Shown here: positions 26,327 through 39,040 of the stretch, piece by piece
How the letters are laid out: every line of letters begins with the position of its first letter
How positions within the stretch are numbered: position 1 is the stretch's first letter
Source: Marsupella aquatica
Lineage: Eukaryota > Plantae > Marchantiophyta
Length of the DNA: 64,000 bases
Direction: 5' to 3'
Assembly: GCA_973895155.1 (NCBI GenBank)
Contig: OZ316896.1
Location: 13,943,542-14,007,541, forward strand
Notes under the pieces: generated by a model
The model's database searches: none
What the model saw: the letters and a program-made list of their open reading frames with translations, nothing else
Told to the model about the DNA's origin: nothing
Program-made: the position numbers and the translations under genes

Positions 26327-29300
26327 TAGGTCTTTCCATTGAAATGAGTACAGTCAATACTAATATTTGGCTATATATTTTTATTGTAGCATTTCTACCA
26401 GAACTTGTGTGGATAGCATCACATTGGTGTGAAAGGTGTAGAGATGTAAACTGTGATTCAACAATATGATTTATTAAGGGGATTGTTGTGTTTCTCTTGT
26501 GCCAGTTTCAAACTCGTAATATAGTTCACAAGAGAATTCTAAAAATAATTGAGTACATAACAAAATGTAAATCACAAAATTTTAAGTGGGTTTTACATTC
26601 TATTTCCCATGAATAGAAATATCAAGGAGCTGCTTCAAACCATAAATCAGTACTTAAATAAATAATGACAATTGGAAATAGTTCGTTTGTACAGGTAACT
26701 TAATCTCACCATATAGTAGCAATGTCAACTCATAACAGGCTGAAGAGAACTTGTAAACCCAAGAAAAAAGAAGTTCTAGGATTCTTTTCAGTTGTTTTGT
26801 TTTGAGTATCCCCATTTTGAAGTATCTCCAGGTTTCATGTTTTGTATGTAACCTCCTGACTCTATACTTTTGCTTTTTTTGTGAAGCCTCAAATTTGGTC
26901 ACAGTAGTACCAATATTAATAACAGCCTTGTAAATATGGCGTTGCAAGTCAGCAGTATTTTTTCAAAGAGAATGCGGCTCTTGAAAATGTTGTGCAACTG
27001 CCAGGGCTAGGGCTCAAATTGCATGAGAATATATGTAAGGCGCAAGTGACAAACAATGACAGACTATAGTTTTGTAGTGTAAAAAGTGAGGTGAATGTTT
27101 TAAAACTTCACTTGGGGCTTAAGCTTGGTAATTCATCCTTACTTGAGGGCAATGGCTGTCACCCCTCGGGCCCACCGCCCTCGGGGATTACATCCCACTA
27201 CCCCGTCTTGGGGATGGGTTACCCTACACCATCATCATCCTTCCTTTTAGAGAGCATTGGGAAGATAAGCTTTGGTTAGTAGAGTCCTTTGGTTACTGCC
27301 CATTAGTTTGTTCCTCTTATAGTTCTAACATGTTCACATTATTGAAAAATAGTAATATATGTAATTGGATTATTCTGACATTACAACACTCATTGTGCAT
27401 AAAGAAAGGGACCTCCGTCAATGAGCCTATAGGGTTTCTGATCGGATCCCACCCAAACCTTGAGTGGTGGACCTCGCCACCCAGCGCCCTCACCAATCCC
27501 AGCACTCACGCCTAAGTGCCCCTGGTGCCCAAACGCCTCCACGGAATACCTCGAGCAAGTAAACTAGTGCCTCTTGCACCGCCAGCGGCCCCTCCCATAC
27601 GAAGCCGCACTTGCTCTCTAACACGACCGCTACTCAACGGTCCTCCCTATCTGCACAAGCAACCAAACACCTCGGTAAGTAACCCTTCAGGATGTAGAAC
27701 TCGCCAAGTCTAGCATCCTACTCAAGCTCAACAGACGTTGGTAAATAGGTCAGCGATAGGTCCTCCCGATGCCATAAGCCGGAACCAGAATCCACGCCCA
27801 CTGTCCGTCCAGGACAGCTCCTTCCTTGAGCGCAGCCCGGGTTCCCCCTCGTACCTATCCATCACCAACTGACCGCCCTGACCTCAAGACATGCTCATGG
27901 CCCAATTAGCATAGTTTGTCCCAAGCTTGTCCCAGCACGCCGGGACCAAAATGGCCCCGACTCTAGCAACCAACTCCCGGTTTTCACCACTGATGGTCTA
28001 GGGGCTAAGAACCCTCGGAACTCAACCTCCACACCTACTTGGCCTTGCCGCCCCAATGCAAGCTCCCTTGCAAGACTGAACGCGGCTTGGCTGCTGTTAG
28101 GCAGGATCTGGCAAGCAGGCGAGTTAACACCCGCAAACCCCGAGACCCCAAGGTACCCCCAGACCCAGATGAGCTTAGGAGGGCACTTTTCAACGCACCC
28201 AAGAAGTCCTCCAACAGACTTGTTGGGAAGATATCGCCATTTCCGTTTGACGGTTTCCTTAGTGTCGCGACCACCGCGGCTCATGACTTCGGCTCGCCCT
28301 TAGCCCCTAGGGAGACACCACCCCCGGACCAGCTTTGGTCCCTAAACATTTGGCCCCCAACACGGATCCTATTGCGCATAATGGGCGCGCCACCAACTGG
28401 CAACGCCCATAACTTTCTCGTTAGGCATCCGCAAGCGGAGTGCCTTAGCCCGTTGTGATCGGGCGGACCCAATGCTCATGCCTAGGCCCTCAGGTCTGAT
28501 CGCCGCTCGGGGCCCCCGCCCGGCCAAACCCGGATCGGGGCATAACTTGCGCCCCAAGCGTCCGTTGCCCATGGCGTCAACTCCATTGGCCTTGGGCCCA
28601 AAAGGAGCTCACACTTAAGCCCTCAGAACTCAAAGTCCATCCAGAGGTCCGGACGACCATCCTTGAGCCGGGCCCATTTCCCCTTGACCCGACCAGCTCT
28701 CAACTAGTCCAAGTCCTTAGTGCGTGTCACCAGCTTGGCTCCTTGCCTCGCTAGCGCCACATCTCGCTGCCCACAAGTCTCCCCATGCTAAGTCCTCCCC
28801 GGATGGCCTATTCGGGCCTGGACCATAAGGGAGCTCAGCGTCGGAGTCAGTGACGCCGGAGCTAAGTGTTAAGGTAGTCGAGTTTCGCGACTCCTTGACC
28901 AATGCCAAAAAGGGCTACATAGCTGTGTTTTTTCTAGTGACCAAATTTTGCCAATTCTCATCTAAAATTTGAGCTGGGAATTGAAGCTAAGAAACCAGGT
29001 TGGAATAGAACAAGTTGGCTTGGGAGGTGTGGAAGAAAGTCCAAATACTCTGTTTGAGGCAGTTGAAACCTGTTAGTGGCAATGCTAAGCTTAACTCGAC
29101 TGCCTTAAAGACTCTTTAAATACCATTTGTAAATGAGGTTGCTTCGGAGAATTCCAATGGAGAGGGAAGTGAACAGATGAGTATGCTATGTGGTGAATCC
29201 ACCTTTCATATTTTATTTTATTTAGATTTCTCATGTCATGTATTTTATTTCAATGTGCCTTATCAAGGGCATCATTTGTGTTAGTTAGATTTTTAATTAA

Positions 29301-30592
29301 TTTTTGGACCCCTTTATTTCTTGGTATCCTAAGGTATTTAGAACTTATTTTGGCAGCCCTTTTAATTTGTGATCTTTGTAATCTCTTAGAATTCAGGTAT
29401 AAATTGTTCTCATTCAGAGTCAGATAAATGATTATAAATAACCTTACATGGTGTCTTAAGTTCCTCTCATGCTATTCTTTCCTAAGTTTATGGTTTTTAT
29501 TTAATTGGGTGTTATTGATATAGTACATTGAACTAATAAGTGCGCATACCTTTGTGCCATAGACCTTGATTGCACTTCTCACATAGAACTCCACTGTACT
29601 TCTTATTGGTGATTATGTGTTTTTGATTGCATGTGCTTTACTTATATTATTTTTATCCCACTCACTCTTAATATGTATAGTAGGTATACTCTCATATTTT
29701 ATCCTACTTACAGATCACTACAAGACAAAAATCTAGCATGTTCCAGGATGAGTATGCTATAATAATGGAGAGGGAAGTGAACAGAGTGGATTTACACTGG
29801 AATTACAGAGGAAGTTTTTGGTTTAGTGGGGTCACCAACTTCGTTTTTGTGCTGGTTTGGAATTTCTTGTCCCTGTGGTTCATGGACTCCCCTCCTCTCC
29901 CTGCGCTGCATGGATTGTACAGGGCTCAATGGTCTGCAAAACAATGCTTTTTCTTTTGTTTCAAACCAATATCTTCATGGTATGATTCTCATGTGCTGGT
30001 GTATAGCAAGCTCCAGGTAGTATTCAACTGTAGCCTTTTTGAAGATTTGTTTGGCTCTACTGACTTAAACCTCTTCAAATTTTCCATCGGAACTTGGATT
30101 CCATGACTCAAATCGGCAGTAAAAACGATTTGGGGAACGAACACGCAATACAACAGAACTGTCATGTCTCTATTTGATTCCCCCAATTACCCTTGCTTGA
30201 AAGCTACTGTAATTGCACAGTTTACTCAAAAGCTTCCCCCCAATTCTCCTCCTCTACTTCCCTGTTTCTATATTGGCATTGGTTCCCTCCCCACTTCTTC
30301 TCCCTCTCTACTGCCTTGTGTTTTTAAACAGTGCATGGTTGACTGCTTTTTGATAGGCCATTAAGGTCACTATGGACACTATGGAGATACTCTGCACGCT
30401 TACTGTAGGAGTATGTCAATCTCGGCCTGGATTTCATGGACAAGTCCTACTGTATTATTACTGTACATTCTTCTTCCAACAAACCATCCTTTCTTTACTT
30501 GCAATTAAAGATGACCCTGTGAGCAAAGCAAAACAAGGCAAGGCACGCAATCATCAGTAAGTTGCCATCGTCTCGGGAGGGTGCACTTACTT

Positions 30593-30748
30593 GCAGCACA
30601 CCGCACATCAGGGTAATTTTCTTGGTTTTTTTTTCCCTTTTTAGCCAAGTGGCTAATGTGAACTAGAAGAGCAGCACACCGCACATCAGGGTAATTTTCT
30701 TGGTTTTTTTTTCCCTTTTTAGCCAAGTGGCTAATGTGAACTAGAAGA
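30593..30748. repeat. 78-bp tandem duplication
   Basis: GCAGCACACCGCACATCAGGG...CTAGAAGA at 30593 and 30671. Confidence 0.95.
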
Positions 30749-30964
30749 CCCTAGGAACATTAGTTATCTATTTTCTCCGCATAAAGATGATTTAAGGATA
30801 CACATCGAATTCTAGCTAGTGGGTCTCCGATTAAGTGCAAAAATGGCTAGTCCATCCTCAAACCAACAATGAAATTGAAAGTAAGTCTATAATAGTGATT
30901 GAGAGCTACTGTACTTTGCAGGGTCTACCTTACTCTAGACCATACCTCTGGGTGCTTAATTGAA

Positions 30965-31478
30965 GTTTAGGGTGTTAATGAAAAATAGAGACTGTGGGCA
31001 AGGTAAGTCTCTGAAAATAGCCAAGAGAGGAGCACGGATGTACTCACCTCTCCATTCACTTCAAAGAACTTGCACTCAGGCTAGTGCCAGACAAAACACC
31101 TAACAATTTTAGTACACAGTTGTGAAGCAAAGGTTTAGGGTGTTAATGAAATATAGAGACTGTGGGCAAGGTAAGTCTCTGAAAATAGCCAAGAGAGGAG
31201 CACGGATGTACTCACCTCTCCATTCACTTCAAAGAACTTGCACTCAGGCTAGTGCCAGACAAAACACCTAACAATTTTAGTACACAGTTGTGAAGCAAAG
31301 GTTTAGGGTGTTAATGAAATATAGAGACTGTGGGCAAGGTAAGTCTCTGAAAATAGCCAAGACAGGAACACGGATGTACTCACCTCTCCATTCACTTCAA
31401 AGAACTTGCACTCAGGCTAGTGGCAGACAAAACACCTAACAATTTTAGCACACAGTTGTGAAGCAAAGGTTTAGGGTG
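30965..31478. repeat. 168-bp tandem repeat, 3 near-identical copies
   Basis: Unit start TTTAGGGTG at 30966, 31134, 31302 and (partial) 31470. Confidence 0.97.
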
Positions 31479-31652
31479 AAATCTAGTTAATTTATGCCAC
31501 TATAAAAATAGCTGTCCATCCATTGCACATCAAAATGTTACAATGTAAGAGGAACAACAATCAATGATATAAAGAAAATAATTAAGTTCATCATGTTATG
31601 GAATGACATATTACACTGTATAGTGTCACTTATGGTGTGTAATTACCAAAAC

Positions 31653-31883
31653 TGAGAATTACTAGATTATCACTCATTTAAAGCAAAATTAATACTGTGC
31701 CATCTTTTTAGTTTATTTACTAGTTTGTCACCTTTAACCCTGTGTGTTCTCAATTGTCGGATGAATTGGGCCGTACATAAATTAACAGCCAACGGTGAAA
31801 AAAGGTGATAAAGTAATAATTTAAAAAATAAAATGGCAGAGTATTAATTTCCAATCAAAACAGTGGCAATCTAGTAATTCTCA
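31653..31883. mobile_element. Foldback MITE-like element
   Basis: TGAGAATTACTAGATT and AATCTAGTAATTCTCA are perfect 16-bp inverted ends, extending imperfectly to about 55 bp (AATTAATACTGTGCCAT / ATGGCAGAGTATTAATT). No clear TSD. Confidence 0.7.
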
Positions 31884-32638
31884 CGGGGAGAGGCTAAAAA
31901 GACGCCACAATACCACATCACGTGAGTTCTGTAGAATTCCTTCTTCTGTTTCTCGCTTTGTCGGCCTTTTGCGTGTGTCTGGATTACTGGCTGGCAGCGC
32001 TAGATGGTGCTTATTACTCCAGTAGTAGGGCCAACTGGTCCGAGTCCATCAGTCCAGGATTTGAGTTGCAGCCTGGAAGCGAAGCGAAGAGGAGACTTCG
32101 GAGAGGGAGTGGAGGTGGTCCGTGGGCCGTGGCTCACTCTCCCTCTTGTGCTTTTATGATGCCCTCGGAGGACATATTCGATTGGCAGCTTCTTAGCTGT
32201 TCTGGATTGCCCACCTAACGACTGACTCGTATTCATTCTGTAATCTGTACAGCCAGCATCTGACAAGCTTGAAGCTCGACTGCTGGTGGGGCCTGGCTCG
32301 TTTCGTGTCCTCTTAGGTCCGTGTTGGCTGTTTCCCTTGAGAAATCATCAGTCTGGTCTCTCTCTCTCTCTCCCTCTCTCTTTGGAACAAACGTTCTACT
32401 GTGTGGATAGGTGACAAGACCTCCGTGCCTCGCTTATTTGAGCATTGTGACTCCTGCTTCTGTGGGCTCTGGAAGCTGGTCGTTAGCACATCGAGGTGGT
32501 GGTACGGTGGCTGTCAGCAGAAACGATTCTCTGGTACGCTTAGGTTTGTTTTGTTTTGTAAGAAGTGCAAGGAACGAGAGAGTTTGGTGGGGAGTGAACG
32601 ATAGTGAGTGAGTGAGTGAGTGAGTGAGCAAGAGCAAG

Positions 32639-34613
32639 ATGGCAGATGTGTTATCCAGGACATGGACGTGCTTGACGGCGTTGGCTAGTTCCACACTACC
32701 GGAGCAGGGGCAAGCTGGGGATGGACGGGAGAAGGTGTTGCTGCAATATGTGCTCGATAATGCCGAGAACAATCCCGAGTCCGTGCTGAAGACCATCGAC
32801 AAATATGCGCAGAGGTCGTGGCTTATGAACATTGGTGATCAGAAGGGACTCATCCTATTGCAATCGCTGAAGAGTGCGAATCCGAAAGCAGTTCTGGAGC
32901 TGGGAGCGTACGTTGGATACTCTGCCACACTCATGGCGTCCAATCTGGAAGCTGACTCGAGGATCATTTCTCTGGAAATGTCGGAGGAAAATGCCAGCAT
33001 AGCTCGGCAGGTCATAGATCGCGCAGGTTGGTTCCTTGTCGTTGAGATTCTTAACGTTTTCCCCTAGCACAGCAGAGCGCCTAGCTGAACTGAACTGGAC
33101 GGAACCGACCGAGCGCCCCTCGGAGCGGAATATTATATGTTTCCACCAATGTGATGTAATTTGTGGGTCCAGGTCTTTGATAGTGCCTTTTTATGTCCCT
33201 TCTTTGGTGCGCTGAATACTGAAGGAGGGTAGTTTTGTAGATCAGCAGTGCGAGGAGCCTGCCGCTTGTTCAGCCTCTAATCTCCTGGGTCCTGGTTCTG
33301 TTGTTGACATCTTTCTAGACAAAGCAAATCCATACCCCTTGCCAAGCCACATGACAAGTTTCGGATGGGGTCCGAGTTCCTCACGTAGAGGAGTAGAAAT
33401 GCCCAAATCACTCTGGATCCTCTATCCCTGCCAAGCCTTCTGTCGCAGATGAATCTCTGACTGACGTAGATGTGTGGAGGAGGTTGTTGAAAGCCTTTCG
33501 CTGCGTCCTCGGTCGGATAGTGAAGCACAGATGTACCCTCCAACTTGGATCGTTTACTTCTCGTCTTCTCTGTCGTTTGGCTGGCTACGCGCCGTAGGCT
33601 CCGACCTCAGGATTCCTGGTTCTCTGTCAGTGATCCATTTCAGGACACGCACGTCGAAAACATTTTTAGAACGATCTCTGACGGACGTAGATGTGTGCGA
33701 AAGGTTTTTGAAAGCCTTTCATCGCGTCCGCAGTCGAAAATGAAGATGTATCCTTCAATTTGGATCGTTTGCTTCTGTTCTTCTCTGTCGTTTGGCTGCT
33801 CTAGCTACGCGCCGTAGGCTCCGACCTGAGGCTCCGACCCATTTCAGGATAGATAGTCGAGAGCCTTGGTGACCTAGTTTTCGACAGATGTACTCGGTCA
33901 CGATTCGTTGTCCGTATTGTCTCGCTCACAATCTGTGTCCAGTAGTCCGAAAAGTCCGGACCTTCGATTCCTGGTGACGAGTCGATGACGAGTGTTTGGT
34001 GGAAGTTATTTAGCTCAGTTCACTGTTTCGTGATAGATGAGAATGTGGTTGTTTTATTTCGTCTTTCGTCTCTTCGCTCCGTGTGAGGAGCTTTGGATCT
34101 GCGGTCCTGATGCTTACACCGGAAGTGGGTTCACCTTTGGAAAGTTCACTATCGAGAACGGGGTCATTGATTGACGTGTCAGTTCCAGCCTTCTGGGCTC
34201 ATTCTTGTTCTGCAAATCCGTCGTCGATGTTTGTCCAGCTCGTCTCTAAGTTCTGCCTGCTGTTCTCTTTCGCAGGACTCTCCGACAAAGTGGACGTTGT
34301 GACTGGAATTCTTACAGACAAGGTAGAAGAGGTGAAGAAGATATTGGAGCATCAGGGTCGGAAGCATTTCGACTTCGTTTTCATCGACCACGACAAGAAT
34401 TACTACTTGTCTGATTTCCTGATATTGAAAGAGCATGGACTTGTGGGGAAAGGCACAATTCTCTTCGCTGACAACATGCGCATTCCTGGCTCGCCCTTGT
34501 ACCGAGAATACATGGACAAGCACAAGGACGAGTATGAAACGATAGAAACTAAGACGAGCTTCGAGTACTTGAGGTGGCTGCCGGACAGCGTCCTCGTAAC
34601 AACGTGCAAGTGA
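32639..34613 (+). CDS. Mg2+/SAM-dependent catechol O-methyltransferase (animal/actinobacterial type); exons 32639-33026 and 34276-34613, 241 aa
   Basis: Motifs LMNIGDQKG, VLELGAYVGYS, FVFIDHDK, ADNMRIPG and FEY. A phase-1 GT-AG intron (GCAG|GTTGGT...TTTCGCAG|GA) gives an uninterrupted frame. Confidence 0.93.
33453..33849. repeat. Diverged approx. 220-bp tandem duplication in the COMT intron
   Basis: ATCTCTGAC.GACGTAGATGTGTG...GAAAGCCTTTC...TTGGATCGTTT...GCCGTAGGCTCCGACCT at 33453 and 33674. Confidence 0.85.
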
Positions 34614-37600
34614 TGACGCTCCTGCGCAGTTGATGAAAGCCTTAAACTGAGCGCCTCACTGTTGAGTTCAACGTCATTGTCGTTCTGTGATTATTGGATT
34701 CAAGCGCTGGGTTCTGGAGAATTGAAAGAAAATATCACTGCTAGTCGGTTGGGCGGGCGTCCTACCTAGCCGAACTCGGGCTCCCGATCGGAAGAGTTCG
34801 GCTCTTCAATCCAGTTTTACTCCTGGAGACTAAGAACGGTGGCACAGACAATCCAGAATGGCCGGTTGTAGACGAGTGTCGTCGAGGTAGTAATGCTGAA
34901 ATGTATATTTGCTGTAATGCTGTATGTAAGCCGTAAATTTAGCTTAGCTCTTGGATTAAACATTTATCCACGACATTGACATAACCTTCTCACATTCACT
35001 GGGGAGAAAGAACTCAGAGCCTTTGACCGAGAAGGGATGACTAGGTCTGCGGCCATCAAACAAAGTTCCCTGTTAGGTAGGACTGTAGTTATTGAAGTCG
35101 TTTACCGCCACCAGGTCTCCAGTCATGATGCAGTCTGGCGTGAATAATTTGGCACATGAAAGTGGACGGAATCTCTCACGTAGTTCCTGGTGCACTAGTG
35201 ATGTGATGTACTGGCAGGAAAGGCTTTTTCTCTTTGCCAGAGAGGCCAAATTTGAACCTCGAGTCTTGTATCTATTGCCTCCCAAGCAAGAGCTTCCAAT
35301 CATTGTTATGGTCATCCGAGGCTAGGTTTATCAGGGTACTCTCAATGTATTTTTTGCAAATTCTGGAAATGTAGTGATGCTGATTCAGCGACTCTTGTGT
35401 ACTCCAGTTTGTGGAGGTGAGGTACGATGAATTGGGTTTGTCAACGTGAGTCGAGTATGACGCTACGTTGCAAATCTTCATGGTTGTATCTGAATTGAGG
35501 TTTGTAAAGAGGTGACAGAATTTTTCCGAAATCCATGCGAATTGTAGCTCAAGTTTGTCCGATTAGTTACGACCTAGATTCAATCAGATACGGTACTGAT
35601 ACTGTTTGATTAGCATAGTAGCCATTCATTTTGCATCTCGGACGACAATTTACGCTAGGTTCTGATCGCACTAGCATTCATGATCCTAATCAGAACTTGC
35701 TTCCCCTTCTTTGTCCTGAAACCCGTCGTGCCGCAGTTGATGGCGAGAGAGAATGATTCCAAAGAAACGCCTGATTGAATAACTGGCCCAAAATGATTGT
35801 CTTCTGGGGAGATTCAATACGTAGCTTGTGGGAGATTTTGTAAAGAGAGAAACAGTGAAGAAGCTTGATTTGGGACGGGTCGGAACTGGGGTGAATGGAT
35901 TGCGCCAGCACATGCGTATGTATGCTCAGAAGGTTTTAAGTTCAATCGACTCAACAGGAGCACCAGAACGTGGAATGACCTCGGCATGCCAGAGGAACGT
36001 CAAAAATTCGACTACATCACTGTTACTTTCACAGCATCCTTCCACATCAGAGCACGACAGTCAACTCTGATTCCCGCGCCTACGATTGTAACTGACAAGG
36101 CTAGCCTGTAAGCTGATGCACCGGCCCTCACGTTTATCTGCCACCGACCAATTCACAGTGCACTTGCTAGAAAGGGTGCTTTTCTGAAGTTCACCAATTC
36201 AGCATTTGTGTTGTTATTCGGTGTCGTTAAATTACCGGTGAGATCTGCTGCGTTCATTCTGGAGGGAGGTACTTCTCGACCAACCACTTCACTGCCAGTT
36301 AGCCCAACTCACATAGCACCCAAGCTCCCACCCACACCTACACGAGAAAGAAAGAGAAAGAAAGAGAGAGCGCTTTTATACCAGGCTTTACAGTGGGCCT
36401 CCCACCAGGGTCTATCTAGTTTGCAGTTGTGGGAGCTGTTGCCTTACTTTATTGGGTCTCGCCTCCTCGGCTCATTTTCTGATTTATCAGTGGTTTAAAA
36501 GGCTTTCAGAAGGAAGGTTTCTCTAGTTTATCTTATTGTACATTGCAACTGTGTTTTATTAGAAGGCTTCACTTTTTATTTGGCAGTGGTTCAAAGGTTT
36601 TTAGAAGAAAGGTTTCATTAGTTTATTTTAATTTTACAATGCAATTGTAGCACTTATGAAAAGCGGGTACCTCACGTAGACCGGTTATGGGTTGCACCGA
36701 GCATGTCAGAACTCAGAAGGACAGTAGTTACTAGTTAGTGCGATTTCTTTCTGTCGATTCGCTTAGGGACAGACGATTCTACTGGTTGCTTGCACGGATG
36801 GCGTTTGCTTTCTGTCAATTTCGTGTAGGTACAGATCATTCTACAGGGTGCATGTATGGATCACGTCAGGCCTCGGAAGGAGAGTGAGTTAATGAGTTAG
36901 CTTAATTTTATTCTGTCAATTATTTAGGGACGAGGTTAGCGCTGTAAATAATCTATTATTGAAAAAATTGAGTCCCTCTTACAAACCTTTAGCTAATATT
37001 TGTGAGACTTAGTAACAAAATTATAATGCAAATTGTAATGGTAGTCCAAGCATTTTGATCTAAATTAGTGTTTATCTTGCTTTTAATAATAAAGCATGAA
37101 ATCTAGGGAATGTATTTATGGCACTGAAAGAACCGTGTAAGCCTTCCAAATATGCTTCTTTTGTTATTAAAGCCTTTTCTTTGGGTCCTACGGTAGAGAT
37201 TTATCTTCGAGATTAATGTACGTTGTTGTTTCCTGGATATCCTTGGAAACCTGAGAAACCTGTTTGCATGTCTTAGGGTGGCTCCACAAGAGTTTTTGAA
37301 TTTACTCTGAAATTGAATCTGGAAAGCATAATGATTGGAAGCTACTGTAGTTGGTTTTACAAGACAGGGACCGAGGCCCCATTCAGATATGCTGTCTCGG
37401 GATCCTAAAAGGCAGACGTGGTCCAAACATTTCCAAATTTTGGGCCTTATCTTTAGAACAAGTCCACACTTTATTGAAATCATCAAAGAAATTTGCGTAG
37501 ACACATGTTAGATCCAACCCACACTGCAGGGTCACCTTTTCTATCTGTTGCATTCCGATAAAACCAATTGCACCCTTTGTTCCATGGTATCTGTGATCGG

Positions 37601-38277
37601 CTATTTTCCCATGGAACATGCATGAGACAACAAATGCCCCACATGACATTACTTAGCTCAAACAACTACATAAACAGACTATCATATGGAAAATTTCATA
37701 GATCTTAATGTATCTCCAACAAAGCAAAACAAAGGATATTTGGTCCAAGTGCTTAACTTAGCTTCTTCTGAAGGGTGTAAACTTTCTGTTTGAGATTTGG
37801 ATTGTGGTCTCTGCTTTCCATATGCCTAAGTTATTTGGGAGCACAATAATAAAAAACCAGACATAATCATGAGTTGGGCCCTTAAGAAAAAGAGGAAGAG
37901 ACCTGGGCATACTCAACAAACACACTGAAATTGGATGCATCTGGTGTAAGGTGGTCACCCAGCTCTTGTGTGTGGCAAAGGGGGTTTATTCATTAGGAAG
38001 GAAACCAAACCTGAAAGACAAGACCGCACAACTGGCCCAAACATATGGGTCAGGTTAGTATATAATGACGTCCTTAAAACAGGCCATTATGGGCTGGTAC
38101 CCTTATAACAGGCTCTAGGTATGTCTTCAGGGGCTATTATCATCCATAGTGCCGTTCTACTAGGGCGTTCATACACTTAAGATCTATAATTTGACTTTTT
38201 GTACTTTTAAAAAAGTACAATAGAGGAGAAGTTTTATAAAGCCGTGAGAAAAAGCAGGAAGGGCGTTGCATTTTATC

Positions 38278-39040
38278 ATTGCCTTCTATTTGTCAGTAAA
38301 ACAGGCACTATAAAAGTGTGAAAAGTAAATCACAACAAGGGAATCGCAAACGACAGTGGAACATTGATTTGGTATAGAAGCTTTTCGAAAAGGGGGCGGG
38401 GGGGGGGGACGAACAACGGTAAGTAGGAAGCACCCGAAAATGATGGAGGAGGAGGTTACATTATTGTATTCGAGGGGGACGATCCTACCCTCGTAACCGC
38501 CTCATGTTTTTTTTTGGGTATGTCTATAAATGGTTATGATGAGGCATTACCCACCCCGAATCCTGGGCCAACCTGGCCCGTGGCAAAGTTGCATGTATTT
38601 TTACTTTTTTAAAGTATCGAGTAAGGTGCAAGTAGACCCTGGCAGCGGACGCCAGCCACAAATGACAGAATGCAGTTAAAAATTTACTATTGCCTTCTAT
38701 TTGTCAGTAAACCACATACTAGAAGGGGGAAAGAATGAGAAAAATAAACCCTCAACAAGGGAAACGCAAACGACTGGGGAACAGTGATTTCGTATCGAAG
38801 CTTTTCTAAAGGGGGAGTAAATTCATAACAACAAAAAGTTACACACCAAAGTTTATAAACCAGTAAAAAACAAAGTAAAATGAAAGGAAAGAAAAAGTCT
38901 CCGAAGAAAAAGAGTTCCAAAAGAGGACAGAAATTAATGGGGAAATTAATGGGGAAGACATTCGCAACAACGGAAAGTGGAGGCACCCCAAAAGCATGGA
39001 GGCGGAGGTTCCATTATTGTAGTGGCGGGATAATCCTACT
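38278..39040. repeat. Diverged direct duplication
   Basis: TTGCCTTCTATTTGTCAGTAAA...CAACAAGGGAA.CGCAAACGAC...GAAGCTTTTC.AAAGGGGG at about 38279 and about 38690. Confidence 0.8.

Noticed and set aside
29716-29730. CACTACAAGA CACTA-like end
   Set aside because: No subterminal repeats and no partner end with a 3-bp TSD.
35756-35780. TCCAAAG... resembling miR393
   Set aside because: The match stops after 7 nt and there is no precursor hairpin.
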